DNA of 64,000 nucleotides from Patescibacteria group bacterium (GCA_038064595.1 JBBTSV010000003.1:41150-105149), one strand, 5' to 3'; positions 10,046 through 19,984 are shown, numbered from the stretch's first letter. Program-made: numbers and translations. Notes: generated by a model not told the origin, from the letters alone.

Positions 10046-11022
10046 TAGCTAAACGCATCTACCGTCCTGCCCTTGCTATCGAGCAGCTTCACCACCTCGT
10101 GGGTGGAGCGCCAGAGGGGGGCGGTGCGTCCGAGGTATACCCGCCATGTATTCCCTCTGAAGTCCACATCGCTACGGTGGGTCTCGACACAGCCATTGTA
10201 GTTCAGATATTTGATTGCAAAACTCTGACAGGCGCCAGAAATAGTGGTCGGGGGAGAAAGGACGACCTGGCAACGCGGGAGCGTATTGATGTAGTCAATG
10301 CAGTTTGGATCGCGGATATACCCACCCCCATAAAACGTGGTGAGCTCGGTAGACGGCAGGGGGCAGTTGTACGGGAGGCTTGGGGAGAATTTTTGGAACG
10401 TAGCATAGTACCCAATACACTTGTTTTCTCGGAAGGAGGCGCCGATTGGCGAATACCCTGAAATAATGATCGCACGTTCTCCGGGGGAGAGTACAATATC
10501 TTGAATCGCGTTCACTACTCCTGAAGAGGGGATGTCCGTCCCCTGGGGGATCGGTGCAGACTTACCGGTCGCCTCACTCAAGAGAGTCCATCCCGTTATA
10601 TCAACCGGTACCCCAGCGCCGGCCCCAACTGAAATCCAGGTAGACTCGTTTCGAGGATCTACAGAACCAGCGCCGGAGATCCCGTGGTTTATTGATACAA
10701 CACCTCGATAAGGAGACACTTCACCAAACGGAATACCACCAGTGAGGATCGGTACGGGCGCAGAACCACTCCCACTTCCCCCACTTCCCCCACTTCCTCC
10801 ACCAGAGTAGTTTCCGATACCCCCGCCTGAAGAGATATACGATCCACCCCCGACCGCTAAGGGTGCGCGCGGGAACCGGAGGTAGTTACCGCCACCAAGC
10901 TCCTCAGGGAGTGCGAGACGAGGTCCGGTGAAGGAAAGAGAGTTGAAAGGGCCGCCCGTGGCTGCCCAGATAAGGAAGATGAATACGAACACACCGATGA
11001 AAAACCATGCGTCATGCTGCAT
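10042..11022 (-). CDS. membrane-anchored Gly/Ser-rich hypothetical protein
   Basis: N-terminal TM helix, then a GGGSGGSGGSGSGS low-complexity linker and a Cys-containing C-terminal domain. Confidence 0.4.
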   Translation of the reverse strand: MQHDAWFFIGVFVFIFLIWAATGGPFNSLSFTGPRLALPEELGGGNYLRFPRAPLAVGGGSYISSGGGIGNYSGGGSGGSGGSGSGSAPVPILTGGIPFGEVSPYRGVVSINHGISGAGSVDPRNESTWISVGAGAGVPVDITGWTLLSEATGKSAPIPQGTDIPSSGVVNAIQDIVLSPGERAIIISGYSPIGASFRENKCIGYYATFQKFSPSLPYNCPLPSTELTTFYGGGYIRDPNCIDYINTLPRCQVVLSPPTTISGACQSFAIKYLNYNGCVETHRSDVDFRGNTWRVYLGRTAPLWRSTHEVVKLLDSKGRTVDAFSY

Positions 11023-11040
11023 AGAGAGATTGTAGCAAAT

Positions 11041-11583
11041 CTATCCAGATGAAAGGGCAGCTTTCAGACGACCATCTTTACCCACCACATTTTCAGGAAT
11101 AGCCTGAAGCGCTTTGCGCGCCTCGCGCTCGGTGTAGCCGAGGGCCACGAGGGTGTCGAAGACGTCGCCGTCGGCATCATCGTGCGCACGCGGACCAACC
11201 TTATCCGCGAGCTCCACCAGCATCTTCTCGGCGCTCTTCTTGCCGAGCCCCACCACCTTGGTGAGGTAGTTCAAATCGCGTTTGCCAATTGCTCCTTCGA
11301 GCGCCTCGCGCGACGCGCGACGGAGAACCCCCAAAGCGGTTTTAGTGCCCACCCCAGAGACCGAGAGCAGGAGCTCAAAGAAATCACGATCTGCGATGTC
11401 AGTAAAACCGTAGAGCTCGAGACCATCTTGTTTGAGCGCGAGGTGGGTCGCGAGCGACGCCTCTGTACCCACCGTAAGTGTCGCAGGGGAGCTCATATAG
11501 ACGACGATGCCGAAGCCAGCAATCTCAACAACGGCGCTTATGGGGCCGACGGAGAGAACCTCTCCACGAATTTGGCGGATCAT
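11041..11583 (-). CDS. ruvA: Holliday junction DNA helicase RuvA
   Basis: MIRQIRGEV N-terminus and LLSVSGVGTKTALGVL helix-hairpin-helix. Confidence 0.9.
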   Translation of the reverse strand: MIRQIRGEVLSVGPISAVVEIAGFGIVVYMSSPATLTVGTEASLATHLALKQDGLELYGFTDIADRDFFELLLSVSGVGTKTALGVLRRASREALEGAIGKRDLNYLTKVVGLGKKSAEKMLVELADKVGPRAHDDADGDVFDTLVALGYTEREARKALQAIPENVVGKDGRLKAALSSG

Positions 11584-11638
11584 AGGAGTATCGTACCATC
11601 CTTGCGCTTCTTCGCTCTATACATTAGATTACGCGTAC

Positions 11639-11905
11639 ATGGCTATCACCAGCTCAGCAAAGAAGGCAGCTCGCGCAGCAGCGCGCAAGCACGTCTTTAA
11701 CCTGCGTCGCAAAGACGCACTCCGCGACACCACAAAGCTCCTCGTGAAGGCGCTTGCCGCCAAGGATGTCTCGGGAGCAGAAAAGCTCCTCCCGGCTGCC
11801 TATAAGGCTATCGACAAGGCTAAGAAGCGCGGAGTGATCAAGGCCAACACGGCCGACCGCAAGAAGGCCCGCCTTGCCGCCGCGCTCAAGCGCGCGCAAG
11901 GCTAA
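11639..11905 (+). CDS. rpsT: 30S ribosomal protein S20
   Basis: MAITSSAKKAARAAARKH... a basic 88-aa S20 profile. Internal ATG at 11639. Confidence 0.85.
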   Translation: MAITSSAKKAARAAARKHVFNLRRKDALRDTTKLLVKALAAKDVSGAEKLLPAAYKAIDKAKKRGVIKANTADRKKARLAAALKRAQG

Positions 11906-11972
11906 ACGAAAAGCGCCCGAGAGGGCGCTTTTCGTTGGGGCTGACCATTTCAAGTTTTTCTTTGGCGGCAAA

Positions 11973-12782
11973 TCATTCTGATTTTTCTTTTTGTTTCCGA
12001 ATCTGGTCTTTGAGTTCAAGCGCTCTCAACTCAACTTGTGCTCTTAGCCACGATGCAAAATTAAAGAGGGGAATTTCTTTAAGCCGCTCGACATACTCTA
12101 ACGCCTCCTCGTAATCCTCCGCCTTAATATGCTCATCAAGGGGTTTATTTAACCAATTTCTCACGTCATTATATCTTTTCAATTCTTCCCAACCCAAATA
12201 TCTCATCTCTCCCTGAAAGTCTTTAAGCAATTCACCATATTGAAGACGCGCTTCGGCTTCCTCTCGTGCGCGCTCTCTAACTCGAGAAGCTTCTTTAAGG
12301 GCCTCAGGTTCGCTCAATGGTTCCTGTTTGGCACGTCGCAGATAAGTTCTTTTGTAATCCTCCGCTTTCTGTATTCCAGTAGGAATCGGTCCCTCAATCC
12401 ATTCTTTACGCCTTTGTGCCTCATTAATCCAACGTTGATCAACAAGATTTCTTGTTTCTTGAACTAGCACGTCAAGTTGCTCATCGCTTATACCCAACTC
12501 TCTTCCAAAGCGTCGTTGGAAGCGTTCGCGTATTTGTTGCCGCTTGGTCTCAGTATGCTTTTCAAGTCTTTCTTCAGTGTCTTGATTTTCGATGTGCCGA
12601 CGCTCCTCACGATATTCATCGGAGTGTACATAATCGTGTCCCCGTTGCGCTTCTTGAGCTCTGCGGATAGATTCATCGCGATAAGGTTTTTCTGCATTGG
12701 CCATCCCCTCGGCCAATATCGGGTCGTCAACGCGCTCTTTGTCGCTCCCCTTTGGGTTGAAGTGTTCTGGCGATGTAGGCAT
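11973..12782 (-). CDS. highly charged (Glu/Arg/Lys-rich) hypothetical protein
   Basis: The ORF is trimmed to the ATG at 12782, which has a GGGGGAAG RBS. The longer ORF would overlap tRNA-Arg. AT-rich. Confidence 0.4.
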   Translation of the reverse strand: MPTSPEHFNPKGSDKERVDDPILAEGMANAEKPYRDESIRRAQEAQRGHDYVHSDEYREERRHIENQDTEERLEKHTETKRQQIRERFQRRFGRELGISDEQLDVLVQETRNLVDQRWINEAQRRKEWIEGPIPTGIQKAEDYKRTYLRRAKQEPLSEPEALKEASRVRERAREEAEARLQYGELLKDFQGEMRYLGWEELKRYNDVRNWLNKPLDEHIKAEDYEEALEYVERLKEIPLFNFASWLRAQVELRALELKDQIRKQKEKSE

Positions 12783-12962
12783 ATGATTAAAAAAATTTCT
12801 TCCCCCAAAATTAAAATATGGTTCGAGCCGATGTTTTTCTCTGGGTTCTTTTGCGGCGGGGAGTATCTGTATTGTACCAAGCTCGAACCTACTTTCAAAA
12901 CAGATGACGTGCCACACACTTCCCACTATATGGCCTTGGGAAAGCCATGGAGTTTGTTGTTG

Positions 12963-13034
12963 TGCTCTCGGACGGAATCGAACCGTCATCGGCCCCTTCG
13001 GAGGGGGCTATCCTATCCGTTGAACGACGAGAGC
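12963..13034 (-). tRNA. tRNA-Arg (anticodon CCG)
   Basis: Reverse complement folds with acceptor GCTCTCG/CGAGAGC, anticodon loop CTCCGAA and T-loop TTCGATT. Confidence 0.8.
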
Positions 13035-13168
13035 GACGTACCTATCCTAGCGCATTTTGTGGTCACGAATAATTTTCTCGACCCCGGCTCGCGGTTTTGC
13101 CTGCTGGCAAAACATCGCTGCGCCCGGCACCAAAGCATAAAACCTGCAGCAGTGCAGGTTTTATGCTT

Positions 13169-13243
13169 TGGTGCTCTCGGCAGGAATCGAACCTGCATCG
13201 TCAGCTCCGCAAGCTGATGTCCTATCCATTGAACGACGAGAGC
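13169..13243 (-). tRNA. tRNA-Arg (anticodon reads GCG; CCA encoded)
   Basis: Reverse complement has the same acceptor stem as the neighbouring tRNA-Arg. Anticodon loop TTGCGGA gives GCG with G37. Confidence 0.65.
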
Positions 13244-13274
13244 GAAGTAGGGGAGCGCCCCCATTGAATGTATA

Positions 13275-13751
13275 TCAGAATCCGAGCCAGCTTGCTACCA
13301 GGTCGGTGAAGGAGTGCGTGTGCGCGCTCTCATCGACGTGGTGGAGAAAGTAGGCATATATCGCGTCTACGTCGACCCCGACGAGCGGGATGATTAAATG
13401 TGGTGAGAGCCAATTCTCTGTTTTAATCGAGAGCATGGGGGGGTATTCGTCCTCGATATCCTCAAGGACCGAAAAAGAAATCATCCGATCAAAGGGATGA
13501 AGCTCGTCGCCGATCATAAGACCTTGCTCAACAAGCTGGAAACGATGGATCGGTGGCTCCTTTGCCGCGTGGAGCGCGAGCGCCCCTGCGGCGACGATGA
13601 TTAAGAACGCAAGAAGAAGATTACCAAATAGGATCGCGGCAATAGTCGCCGCAGTTGCGACAATCCCTACGACCCAATACCAATCGGCATCCTTAGGATT
13701 ATGGTCGTACTCTCGCCCTTCCCACTCGAGGAGTGCTGCGCGTTCTGCCAT
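13275..13751 (-). CDS. hypothetical membrane protein
   Basis: Two predicted TM helices. Start set at Met MAERAALLEW. Confidence 0.35.
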   Translation of the reverse strand: MAERAALLEWEGREYDHNPKDADWYWVVGIVATAATIAAILFGNLLLAFLIIVAAGALALHAAKEPPIHRFQLVEQGLMIGDELHPFDRMISFSVLEDIEDEYPPMLSIKTENWLSPHLIIPLVGVDVDAIYAYFLHHVDESAHTHSFTDLVASWLGF

Positions 13752-13821
13752 AGTCCTATGATAGCAGACGCCGCGTTGGCACCTCGCCCGTATGCACAAT
13801 GGAGATCAGTTAGCTTCAGTG

Positions 13822-13906
13822 CGGAGAGGGTGAGATTCGAACTCACGGTACCTTTCAGTACGCTTGTTTTCAAGACAAGTGCCATAGACCACTCGGCCAC
13901 CTCTCC
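13822..13906 (-). tRNA. tRNA-Ser (anticodon TGA)
   Basis: Reverse complement GGAGAGGTGGCCGAGTGG..., a long variable arm and anticodon loop CTTGAAA. Confidence 0.8.
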
Positions 13907-13943
13907 TTGGCGCACTCGTGCTTTATAGCATACACTTTATTCT

Positions 13944-14360
13944 ATGCGCTATCTCGGTATCGATTATGGGAGTTCGAAGGTCGGTCTCGCGCTCTCTGAC
14001 GAGGGCGGCATGATGGGGTTCCCGCACTCTATCCTCACCAACACCCCGAGTCTTCTTGAGGAGCTCTGTGCGCTCATTGTGAGGGAGCAGGTGGGCGCGG
14101 TGGTTATGGGGGAGTCGCGCACACTTGCCGGTGGGGAGAACCCGATTATGCAGGCGGCGCGCGAGCTCGGTGACGCGCTCACGGTGCGCGCAGGCGTGCC
14201 GGTCTACTATGAGTCAGAGGTCTTCACGAGTGCCGAGGCGCGCCGCGCGCCAGCCAAAGAGAAGAAGACCCGCGCGCCCTTGGCGCGCGGGGCAGTGGAC
14301 GCCTCGGCTGCCGCACTCATCCTTACCAGCTATCTCTCCCGCACCCATGGACCCCATTAA
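13944..14360 (+). CDS. ruvX: Holliday junction resolvase-like protein YqgF/RuvX
   Basis: MRYLGIDYGSSKVGLALSD N-terminus. Confidence 0.8.
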   Translation: MRYLGIDYGSSKVGLALSDEGGMMGFPHSILTNTPSLLEELCALIVREQVGAVVMGESRTLAGGENPIMQAARELGDALTVRAGVPVYYESEVFTSAEARRAPAKEKKTRAPLARGAVDASAAALILTSYLSRTHGPH

Positions 14361-14721
14361 AAATACAGACAGTTCTAATGGGGCAGGTAAGCCCCGTATT
14401 TCAATTGATGAGTTTAGCAAAATTGAGGTTCGGGTCGGGACGGTGGTGAGCGCCGAGCGTGTCCCTGAGACCGACAAGCTTTTGCGACTCATGGTTGAGT
14501 TTGGTGAAGCGAGCGGCCCTCGCCAGATTGTGTCGGGCATCGCGGCGTACACCACGCCGGAGGCGCTTCCTGGGCGCCAGCTCGCCTTTGTGACCAACCT
14601 CGAGCCACGCGTAATTCGCGGACTTGAGAGTAACGGTATGCTCTTTGCCGTTGGATCAGATGATACGTTTGCGTTTCTCACGCCTGACCGGAATGTGCCG
14701 CCAGGCACCAGTGCACACTAA
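14347..14721 (+). CDS. tRNA-binding protein (CsaA/EMAP-like OB-fold domain)
   Basis: IDEFSKIEVRVGTVVSAERVPETDKLLRLMVEFG matches the MetRS C-terminal-like tRNA-binding domain. Internal ATG at 14347. Confidence 0.65.
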   Translation: MDPIKNTDSSNGAGKPRISIDEFSKIEVRVGTVVSAERVPETDKLLRLMVEFGEASGPRQIVSGIAAYTTPEALPGRQLAFVTNLEPRVIRGLESNGMLFAVGSDDTFAFLTPDRNVPPGTSAH

Positions 14722-14761
14722 GAGGCACTAAGAGACGTTGCGCGCACGCTATACTGTGTGC

Positions 14762-15862
14762 ATGGCATCTGTTTTGAGTGAGCGACTCCGTATCGCTTTT
14801 GCGCCGCCGCGCTATCTCGCACTTCCCTATGCGGGCATCGACCTCTCTGCAAGCGGCGTAAAGGCTGTCCGCCTCCACCGGAGACCAGAAGGACTTGTTC
14901 TCGCGGGTTATACAGCAGAAACGCGATTCGCCCCCGGGGCTTTTGTAGATGGCGAGATCATTGACCGTGCTGCGGTAGTTGAAGCGCTAGGAACCGCAGC
15001 ACACATGACAGGAATTACTGCTACCAACGCAGCACTTCCGGAGTCAAAATCATATTTGTTTGAGACGGTCGTACCTGGGGCACGCCGATCAGAGTGGCGC
15101 GTTGCAGTCGAACAGCAGCTCGATGAGCTTGTCCCCTTGCCCCCAACCGAAGCGGCGTTTGATATTATCGGAGTACGAACAGTAGAGCAGGGCGGGATGC
15201 AGATCGCCGGTGTCGGATTTGCGCGTCGTATTGTAGACAACACCATCGCAGCATTTGATGAGGCGGGAGTAGAAGTTCGGGCTCTTGAAGGGGAGCCGTT
15301 TGCAATGGCGCGCGCACTCCTCCCCACGGGAGATACTTCCACCACACTCATCATCGATATTGGGAAGACGACCACCAAGCTCACTATTGTGGTGAATCGA
15401 ATCCCGCGATATGCCGCCACGATTGGCATCGGAGGTCACGCACTCACGCTTGCGGTACAGAAACACTTTGGAGTGACTGAAACTGAAGCACGAAAAGTAA
15501 AGGCGGATCGGGGCATTGTCCCCTCGCCCGGGAATGAAGATTATCTTGCAGCGATGCTTTCAACCGTCTCTGCTATTCGTGACGAGATCGCTCGCCGCTT
15601 GCAGTTTTGGCAAGATCACGCAACCACTGAAGGGAAGCACGAACCGGTTATCCAAGCGATTATTGCGGGAGGGAATGGGTCGGTGCGGGGTCTCCCTGAA
15701 TACCTCGAAGGGTCACTTCATGTACCCGTGATGACCGGTGACGTATTCACCAACCTCGCATCACGCAATGACTGGATCCCTGAACTCGATTACCGCGAGT
15801 CGCTCGCCTACGCCACAGCCATCGGCCTCGCGCTCCGTGACGCTACCAATACCTATGAATGA
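14762..15862 (+). CDS. pilM: type IV pilus assembly protein PilM
   Basis: Actin-like ATPase fold pattern and position upstream of pilN/pilO. ATG at 14762 follows a TATACT box. Confidence 0.75.
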   Translation: MASVLSERLRIAFAPPRYLALPYAGIDLSASGVKAVRLHRRPEGLVLAGYTAETRFAPGAFVDGEIIDRAAVVEALGTAAHMTGITATNAALPESKSYLFETVVPGARRSEWRVAVEQQLDELVPLPPTEAAFDIIGVRTVEQGGMQIAGVGFARRIVDNTIAAFDEAGVEVRALEGEPFAMARALLPTGDTSTTLIIDIGKTTTKLTIVVNRIPRYAATIGIGGHALTLAVQKHFGVTETEARKVKADRGIVPSPGNEDYLAAMLSTVSAIRDEIARRLQFWQDHATTEGKHEPVIQAIIAGGNGSVRGLPEYLEGSLHVPVMTGDVFTNLASRNDWIPELDYRESLAYATAIGLALRDATNTYE

Positions 15863-16418
15863 CGAGTTGACCAACCTCCTTCCGCTCGAGCGCCAGAAGG
15901 CCCTTCGGCGCAACTATTTTCTTCGCTTTTTTGTTGTCAGCGCATGGATGACGACCATTCTCGTTATGGTAGCAGGGATTCTTCTGATACCCACCTACGT
16001 CTTCCTCACCCGAAGTTTTGGGGCGAAACAGGCCCACCTCGCGTCTCTTACGTCAGCTGTCTTCTCTGCAGATGAAAAAAACCTCTCAGACCAGATTGCG
16101 TCTCTGACACAAGATGCAGCAGCACTGACGACATTTAATACAGCGGTATCGATGGGAACGCTCGTTGCCAGTCTCCTGAACGTAACACGCCCAGGCATCG
16201 TCCTGAGCGGGATTAGTTACACACCGGCAAGCGCCACAAAGAAGAACATGGCAACCACCATGACACTCTCGGGTACGGCGGCTACGCGCGAAGCACTCCG
16301 GAGTTATCAACTCGCTCTACAAGGAGCGCCGGGGGTAAGTACGGTTGTGCTCCCCGTGTCAGCGTATGCGCAAAGTAGTGATATAGCTTTTTCAATCACA
16401 CTCACTCTCGCGCCATGA
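15855..16418 (+). CDS. pilN: PilN-like pilus assembly protein
   Basis: N-terminal TM helix and an ATGAATGA overlap with the pilM stop. Confidence 0.55.
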   Translation: MNDELTNLLPLERQKALRRNYFLRFFVVSAWMTTILVMVAGILLIPTYVFLTRSFGAKQAHLASLTSAVFSADEKNLSDQIASLTQDAAALTTFNTAVSMGTLVASLLNVTRPGIVLSGISYTPASATKKNMATTMTLSGTAATREALRSYQLALQGAPGVSTVVLPVSAYAQSSDIAFSITLTLAP

Positions 16419-16945
16419 GACCTCCTCTCACCAATGCCGTGCTCACCCTCCTCCTATTTCTCGCGGTGGGTACGGGATATCACTTCTGGTATGGCGCTAT
16501 AGAGGACAAGAGCGCCTCGGTTGCAGAGCTCGAGCGTCTCATTGTCTCCAGTACAGAGACTGAAGCGCGTATCGCTGCCGCACGAGCATCGCTCGCGGGA
16601 GTAGCAGGCGCAGAAGGGAACGTTCAAGACTACTTTGTAACTGATTCACGCGTTGTTTCTTTTATTAACGCCCTCGAATCAAGAGGCACCACACTCGGCA
16701 CGACGGTTAAGGTGCTCTCGGTTGCCAAGGGCACCACCGGAGGACGTCCAATGTTCACTTTTTCACTGGCGATCAATGGAACCTTTGACGCCGTGATGCG
16801 GACGGTGGGCGCAATTGAGAACGCTCCGTATGCAGTAATGGTCACCAACTTTGGCATCAGGCACCAAGAGCAAACACAATGGGGCGCTGACCTCACCCTC
16901 TCGGTCGGCTCAACAGCCTCGATAACCGCTACCAGTACGCCATGA
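16415..16945 (+). CDS. pilO: PilO-like pilus assembly protein
   Basis: N-terminal TM helix followed by a coiled region. ATGA overlap with pilN. Confidence 0.5.
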   Translation: MRPPLTNAVLTLLLFLAVGTGYHFWYGAIEDKSASVAELERLIVSSTETEARIAAARASLAGVAGAEGNVQDYFVTDSRVVSFINALESRGTTLGTTVKVLSVAKGTTGGRPMFTFSLAINGTFDAVMRTVGAIENAPYAVMVTNFGIRHQEQTQWGADLTLSVGSTASITATSTP

Positions 16946-17253
16946 ATACCACCACACACCGCATCGTAGCCTCGCTCAAGCGACTCCGTCGAAGCTCGTA
17001 CGAGGACCCAGAACGGGGGTGGGTGATTCTTATCACGCTCGCCGCCATTGTACTCGCGGGAATTATCATTTGGGATATCTGGGCGTTTGACACGGTTGCA
17101 AAAGGCGGGGTGATTGGTAGAAGGGTAGCGAGCACCACCCCGGCATTTGACAGTGCCGTGATAGATAAGATTCAGGGTATTTTTGACACGCGCGCTGCAG
17201 AGGAGGCGAAATATATAACCGGCGCATACCACTTTACTGACCCTTCGCAATAG
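16942..17253 (+). CDS. small membrane protein in the pilus operon
   Basis: Single TM helix. ATGA overlap with pilO. Confidence 0.35.
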   Translation: MNTTTHRIVASLKRLRRSSYEDPERGWVILITLAAIVLAGIIIWDIWAFDTVAKGGVIGRRVASTTPAFDSAVIDKIQGIFDTRAAEEAKYITGAYHFTDPSQ

Positions 17254-17280
17254 GGGAGAAGTGGAGTAGGGTAGAAGGAG

Positions 17281-17355
17281 GCCCCCATAGCTCAATGGAT
17301 AGAGCAGCGGACTTCTAAGCCGTTGATGTTGGTTCGATTCCAGCTGGAGGCACCA
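17281..17355 (+). tRNA. tRNA-Arg (anticodon TCT)
   Basis: D-arm GCTCAATGGATAGAGC, anticodon loop CTTCTAA, T-loop TTCGATT and an encoded CCA. Confidence 0.75.
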
Positions 17356-17371
17356 GGAGTATACTAGCAGT

Positions 17372-18469
17372 ATGCACACCCCCCGTTTTTATCACTCCAA
17401 GGCCGCGCTTCCCAAGGGCGCGCGCGTGAGAGATACGTTTGATGGCGCAGTTGATGAGCTCTTTTTTATCGAGCATCCAGCAGTGAGTAAACAAGATTCA
17501 CGTGCACCAGAACTTCTTAAGAAGTTTCGTGCACGCAGAAAAGTCTCCAGTCTCTGGGTCTACTATCCATGGCTCCATACTGCGGTGCGGATCCCATCAC
17601 AAACATTCTATGAGCATTTGCGGACAGCACGGAACCGCAATCTGATTCGTCCCGAAGAGCAGAAAAAATTTCGCCAGTCTATTGTGGGTGTGGCAGGACT
17701 TTCAGTCGGGTCAGCAGTGGTTGCCTCGCTTGTCGCGACAGGCGGACCACGTCGGTTGAAGATTGCTGACCCAGATACGATTGAGATCACCAACCTCAAT
17801 CGTATGCGCGCCACACTCGCCGATGTGGGAGAAAACAAGGCAGTGGTTGCGGCGCAAAACGCATGGGAAATTGATCCGTTTGCACAGATCGAGGTGTGGG
17901 ATAAGGGCATCCAAACAGAGACGGTAAAAAAGTTCATCACTGCCAAACCAACTCTTGATGTGTTTGTTGACGAGATGGACGATATTCGTATGAAAGTAGA
18001 AGCACGCCTCGTATGTAAAAAAGCACGTATCCCGGTGGTGATGGCGACCGACAATGGCGACAGTATCATTGTTGACGTCGAGCGTTTTGATCAAGAGCCA
18101 AGCCGCCCGCTCTTTCATGGACGGGTGACACTCACGCGAGCGGAGATGGCGACGATGACCCGGAGCCAATTCGTCGCACTTTCAACGAGGATTATCGATC
18201 CTGCACACCTCACCACTCGCCAACAAGAATCGATACGCGCTATTGGTTCTGAACTCGCGGGCATTGCACAGCTCGGGACGGCGGCCGCCCTTGCTGGGGC
18301 CGCAGTGAGTTATGTGGTACGGCGCATTGTATGCGGTGAGCCGCTCCCGTCGGGGCGCTACTCGATGGGATGTGAACCAACATTTATCCCTGGTTACCTG
18401 AGCGCGCGCGAAAAACAGAAACGCACACGCCACACCCGCGCATTTGTGGGAGGGCTCGGAGCACACTAG
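17372..18469 (+). CDS. ThiF/MoeB (E1-like) family adenylyltransferase with N-terminal extension
   Basis: Rossmann motif IVGVAGLSVGSAVVASLVATGG and NLNRM, inside roughly 100-aa flanking extensions. Confidence 0.7.
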   Translation: MHTPRFYHSKAALPKGARVRDTFDGAVDELFFIEHPAVSKQDSRAPELLKKFRARRKVSSLWVYYPWLHTAVRIPSQTFYEHLRTARNRNLIRPEEQKKFRQSIVGVAGLSVGSAVVASLVATGGPRRLKIADPDTIEITNLNRMRATLADVGENKAVVAAQNAWEIDPFAQIEVWDKGIQTETVKKFITAKPTLDVFVDEMDDIRMKVEARLVCKKARIPVVMATDNGDSIIVDVERFDQEPSRPLFHGRVTLTRAEMATMTRSQFVALSTRIIDPAHLTTRQQESIRAIGSELAGIAQLGTAAALAGAAVSYVVRRIVCGEPLPSGRYSMGCEPTFIPGYLSAREKQKRTRHTRAFVGGLGAH

Positions 18470-19944
18470 CGCTGTGTCGGTTGTACCCAACGGTGTTTTT
18501 TGCCGCGCACCGTCTGGATCTCGCCGTAGGGGACGAGAGTGAGATGTGGTTGCGCACGCTTCCCGACAGCTGAGCAGAGCTTTGCGTACTCACTGTTCAC
18601 CACCCTGATGTTTTTAGCGATCTCATCGGTTAGCGCAAGACGGAGCGCACTGGTTGGACGCGTCCCAGGCGATAGCTCGATGATAATTTTGAAACGCTGG
18701 TCCATTTGTTTCGTGTGAACGACACTCATAGTGAAGAGTCCGGACACCCGTGCGTAATAGCGTGAGTGCTCGAGTGCGTACTTTACATTTTCATTATAAA
18801 TAATCAGCGCGTAGAGTGATATGGAAAGATCTTTTCGACCATAGAGATACACAAAAGGGAGTCGCCACTCGGTAAGGGGGACAGCATGTTCGCGCGCGAG
18901 AGTAAGAAGGTGATCGTGTATTGAGGCGGGTAATGTGTTCTGCCACAAGACCCCGCCATTATCACGGGTGCTATAGCGAATGAGGGGGAGGCCGGCATTG
19001 GCGGTGAGGACGAGTGAGTCGCGATCCACCACTTCAAAATATCGTGCGCGTGGGTAGAACTGATAGAGCCCCGTTACCCGCGTGGCCGCAGGGAGCTCGG
19101 GGGAGGTGAGGGAAGAAAGGGAGCGACGAACAAGTTGTGAAAGCGGCGTCTCGTGCGCGACCACCCCCGACTCGGCCATCCCGTAAATGTTGGCAGTGAG
19201 GGTGAGGTCGTTTGGGTTCTTGCCAATCATTTTGAGCACCCACGACCGCCACGTCTCACTCACCGCTTCGCCGGCAAAGAGGAGGCGGACATCAAGCTGG
19301 TCCCAGTCGATACCGCACTCAATTCCGTACTCGAGAATGTCTTTGATAAAAGGGGGATATCCGGCAAGAATAATGCGTGAGAAAAGCGGAGAAAGTTTCT
19401 TAATCTGGCGCACGGTCTCGTGCTTATCAATACCAGGTGTGATGATGGTGAGCGGGGTGCCGTGTTCGGCAGACCAGCGTGCCGCGTTAAAGAACTCGAT
19501 TCCGGCAATCCAGGTGCCGAGTGAGAATGAATTCACAAAGAGTGTTGGCCCTGTCTGTGCGTCAAATATGCGGGTATACAAATGCTGGGCTTTTTGTCCC
19601 ACCACACGATCCTGTTCTTCGCCCCGTGGCCAAAAGAAAGGAATACCTGTTGAACCCGAGCTGGTTGAAATGTACTTTGAGCGCTCGAGAGAGCCGTCCC
19701 AACTGAGTTCAGCGAGATTATAGGCCGAGAAGTAATGTGGCTTGTCGGTGAGGGGGACGTGTGCGAAGTCTTCTTCAGTTTCAATACTACTCGGGCGCAC
19801 GCGTGCCTTCTTTAAAAAATCTTTATACGCAGGAACCCGCTCCGCCGCTTCACGAAAGAGGCGGAGCGCCCGCGTGAATGCACGTCGTCGGGAGTTGAGG
19901 GTCGTTGAGGAGGGGTCGAGATCCTCTATACGAGGGGGAGTCAT
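18466..19944 (-). CDS. adenylate-forming enzyme (PaaK / coenzyme F390 synthetase-like)
   Basis: AMP-binding motif TSSGSTGIPFFWPR. Start chosen at the ATG at 19944 (MTPPRIED); the ORF track's upstream extension is unsupported. Confidence 0.6.
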   Translation of the reverse strand: MTPPRIEDLDPSSTTLNSRRRAFTRALRLFREAAERVPAYKDFLKKARVRPSSIETEEDFAHVPLTDKPHYFSAYNLAELSWDGSLERSKYISTSSGSTGIPFFWPRGEEQDRVVGQKAQHLYTRIFDAQTGPTLFVNSFSLGTWIAGIEFFNAARWSAEHGTPLTIITPGIDKHETVRQIKKLSPLFSRIILAGYPPFIKDILEYGIECGIDWDQLDVRLLFAGEAVSETWRSWVLKMIGKNPNDLTLTANIYGMAESGVVAHETPLSQLVRRSLSSLTSPELPAATRVTGLYQFYPRARYFEVVDRDSLVLTANAGLPLIRYSTRDNGGVLWQNTLPASIHDHLLTLAREHAVPLTEWRLPFVYLYGRKDLSISLYALIIYNENVKYALEHSRYYARVSGLFTMSVVHTKQMDQRFKIIIELSPGTRPTSALRLALTDEIAKNIRVVNSEYAKLCSAVGKRAQPHLTLVPYGEIQTVRGKKHRWVQPTQR

Positions 19945-19984
19945 GGGTCGCAGGTAGTATACTATATGTATCACACGTTTTTCT

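Noticed and set aside
12783-12989. 5' extension of the charged-protein ORF
   Set aside because: It would overlap tRNA-Arg(CCG) on the same strand. The internal ATG at 12782 has a good RBS.
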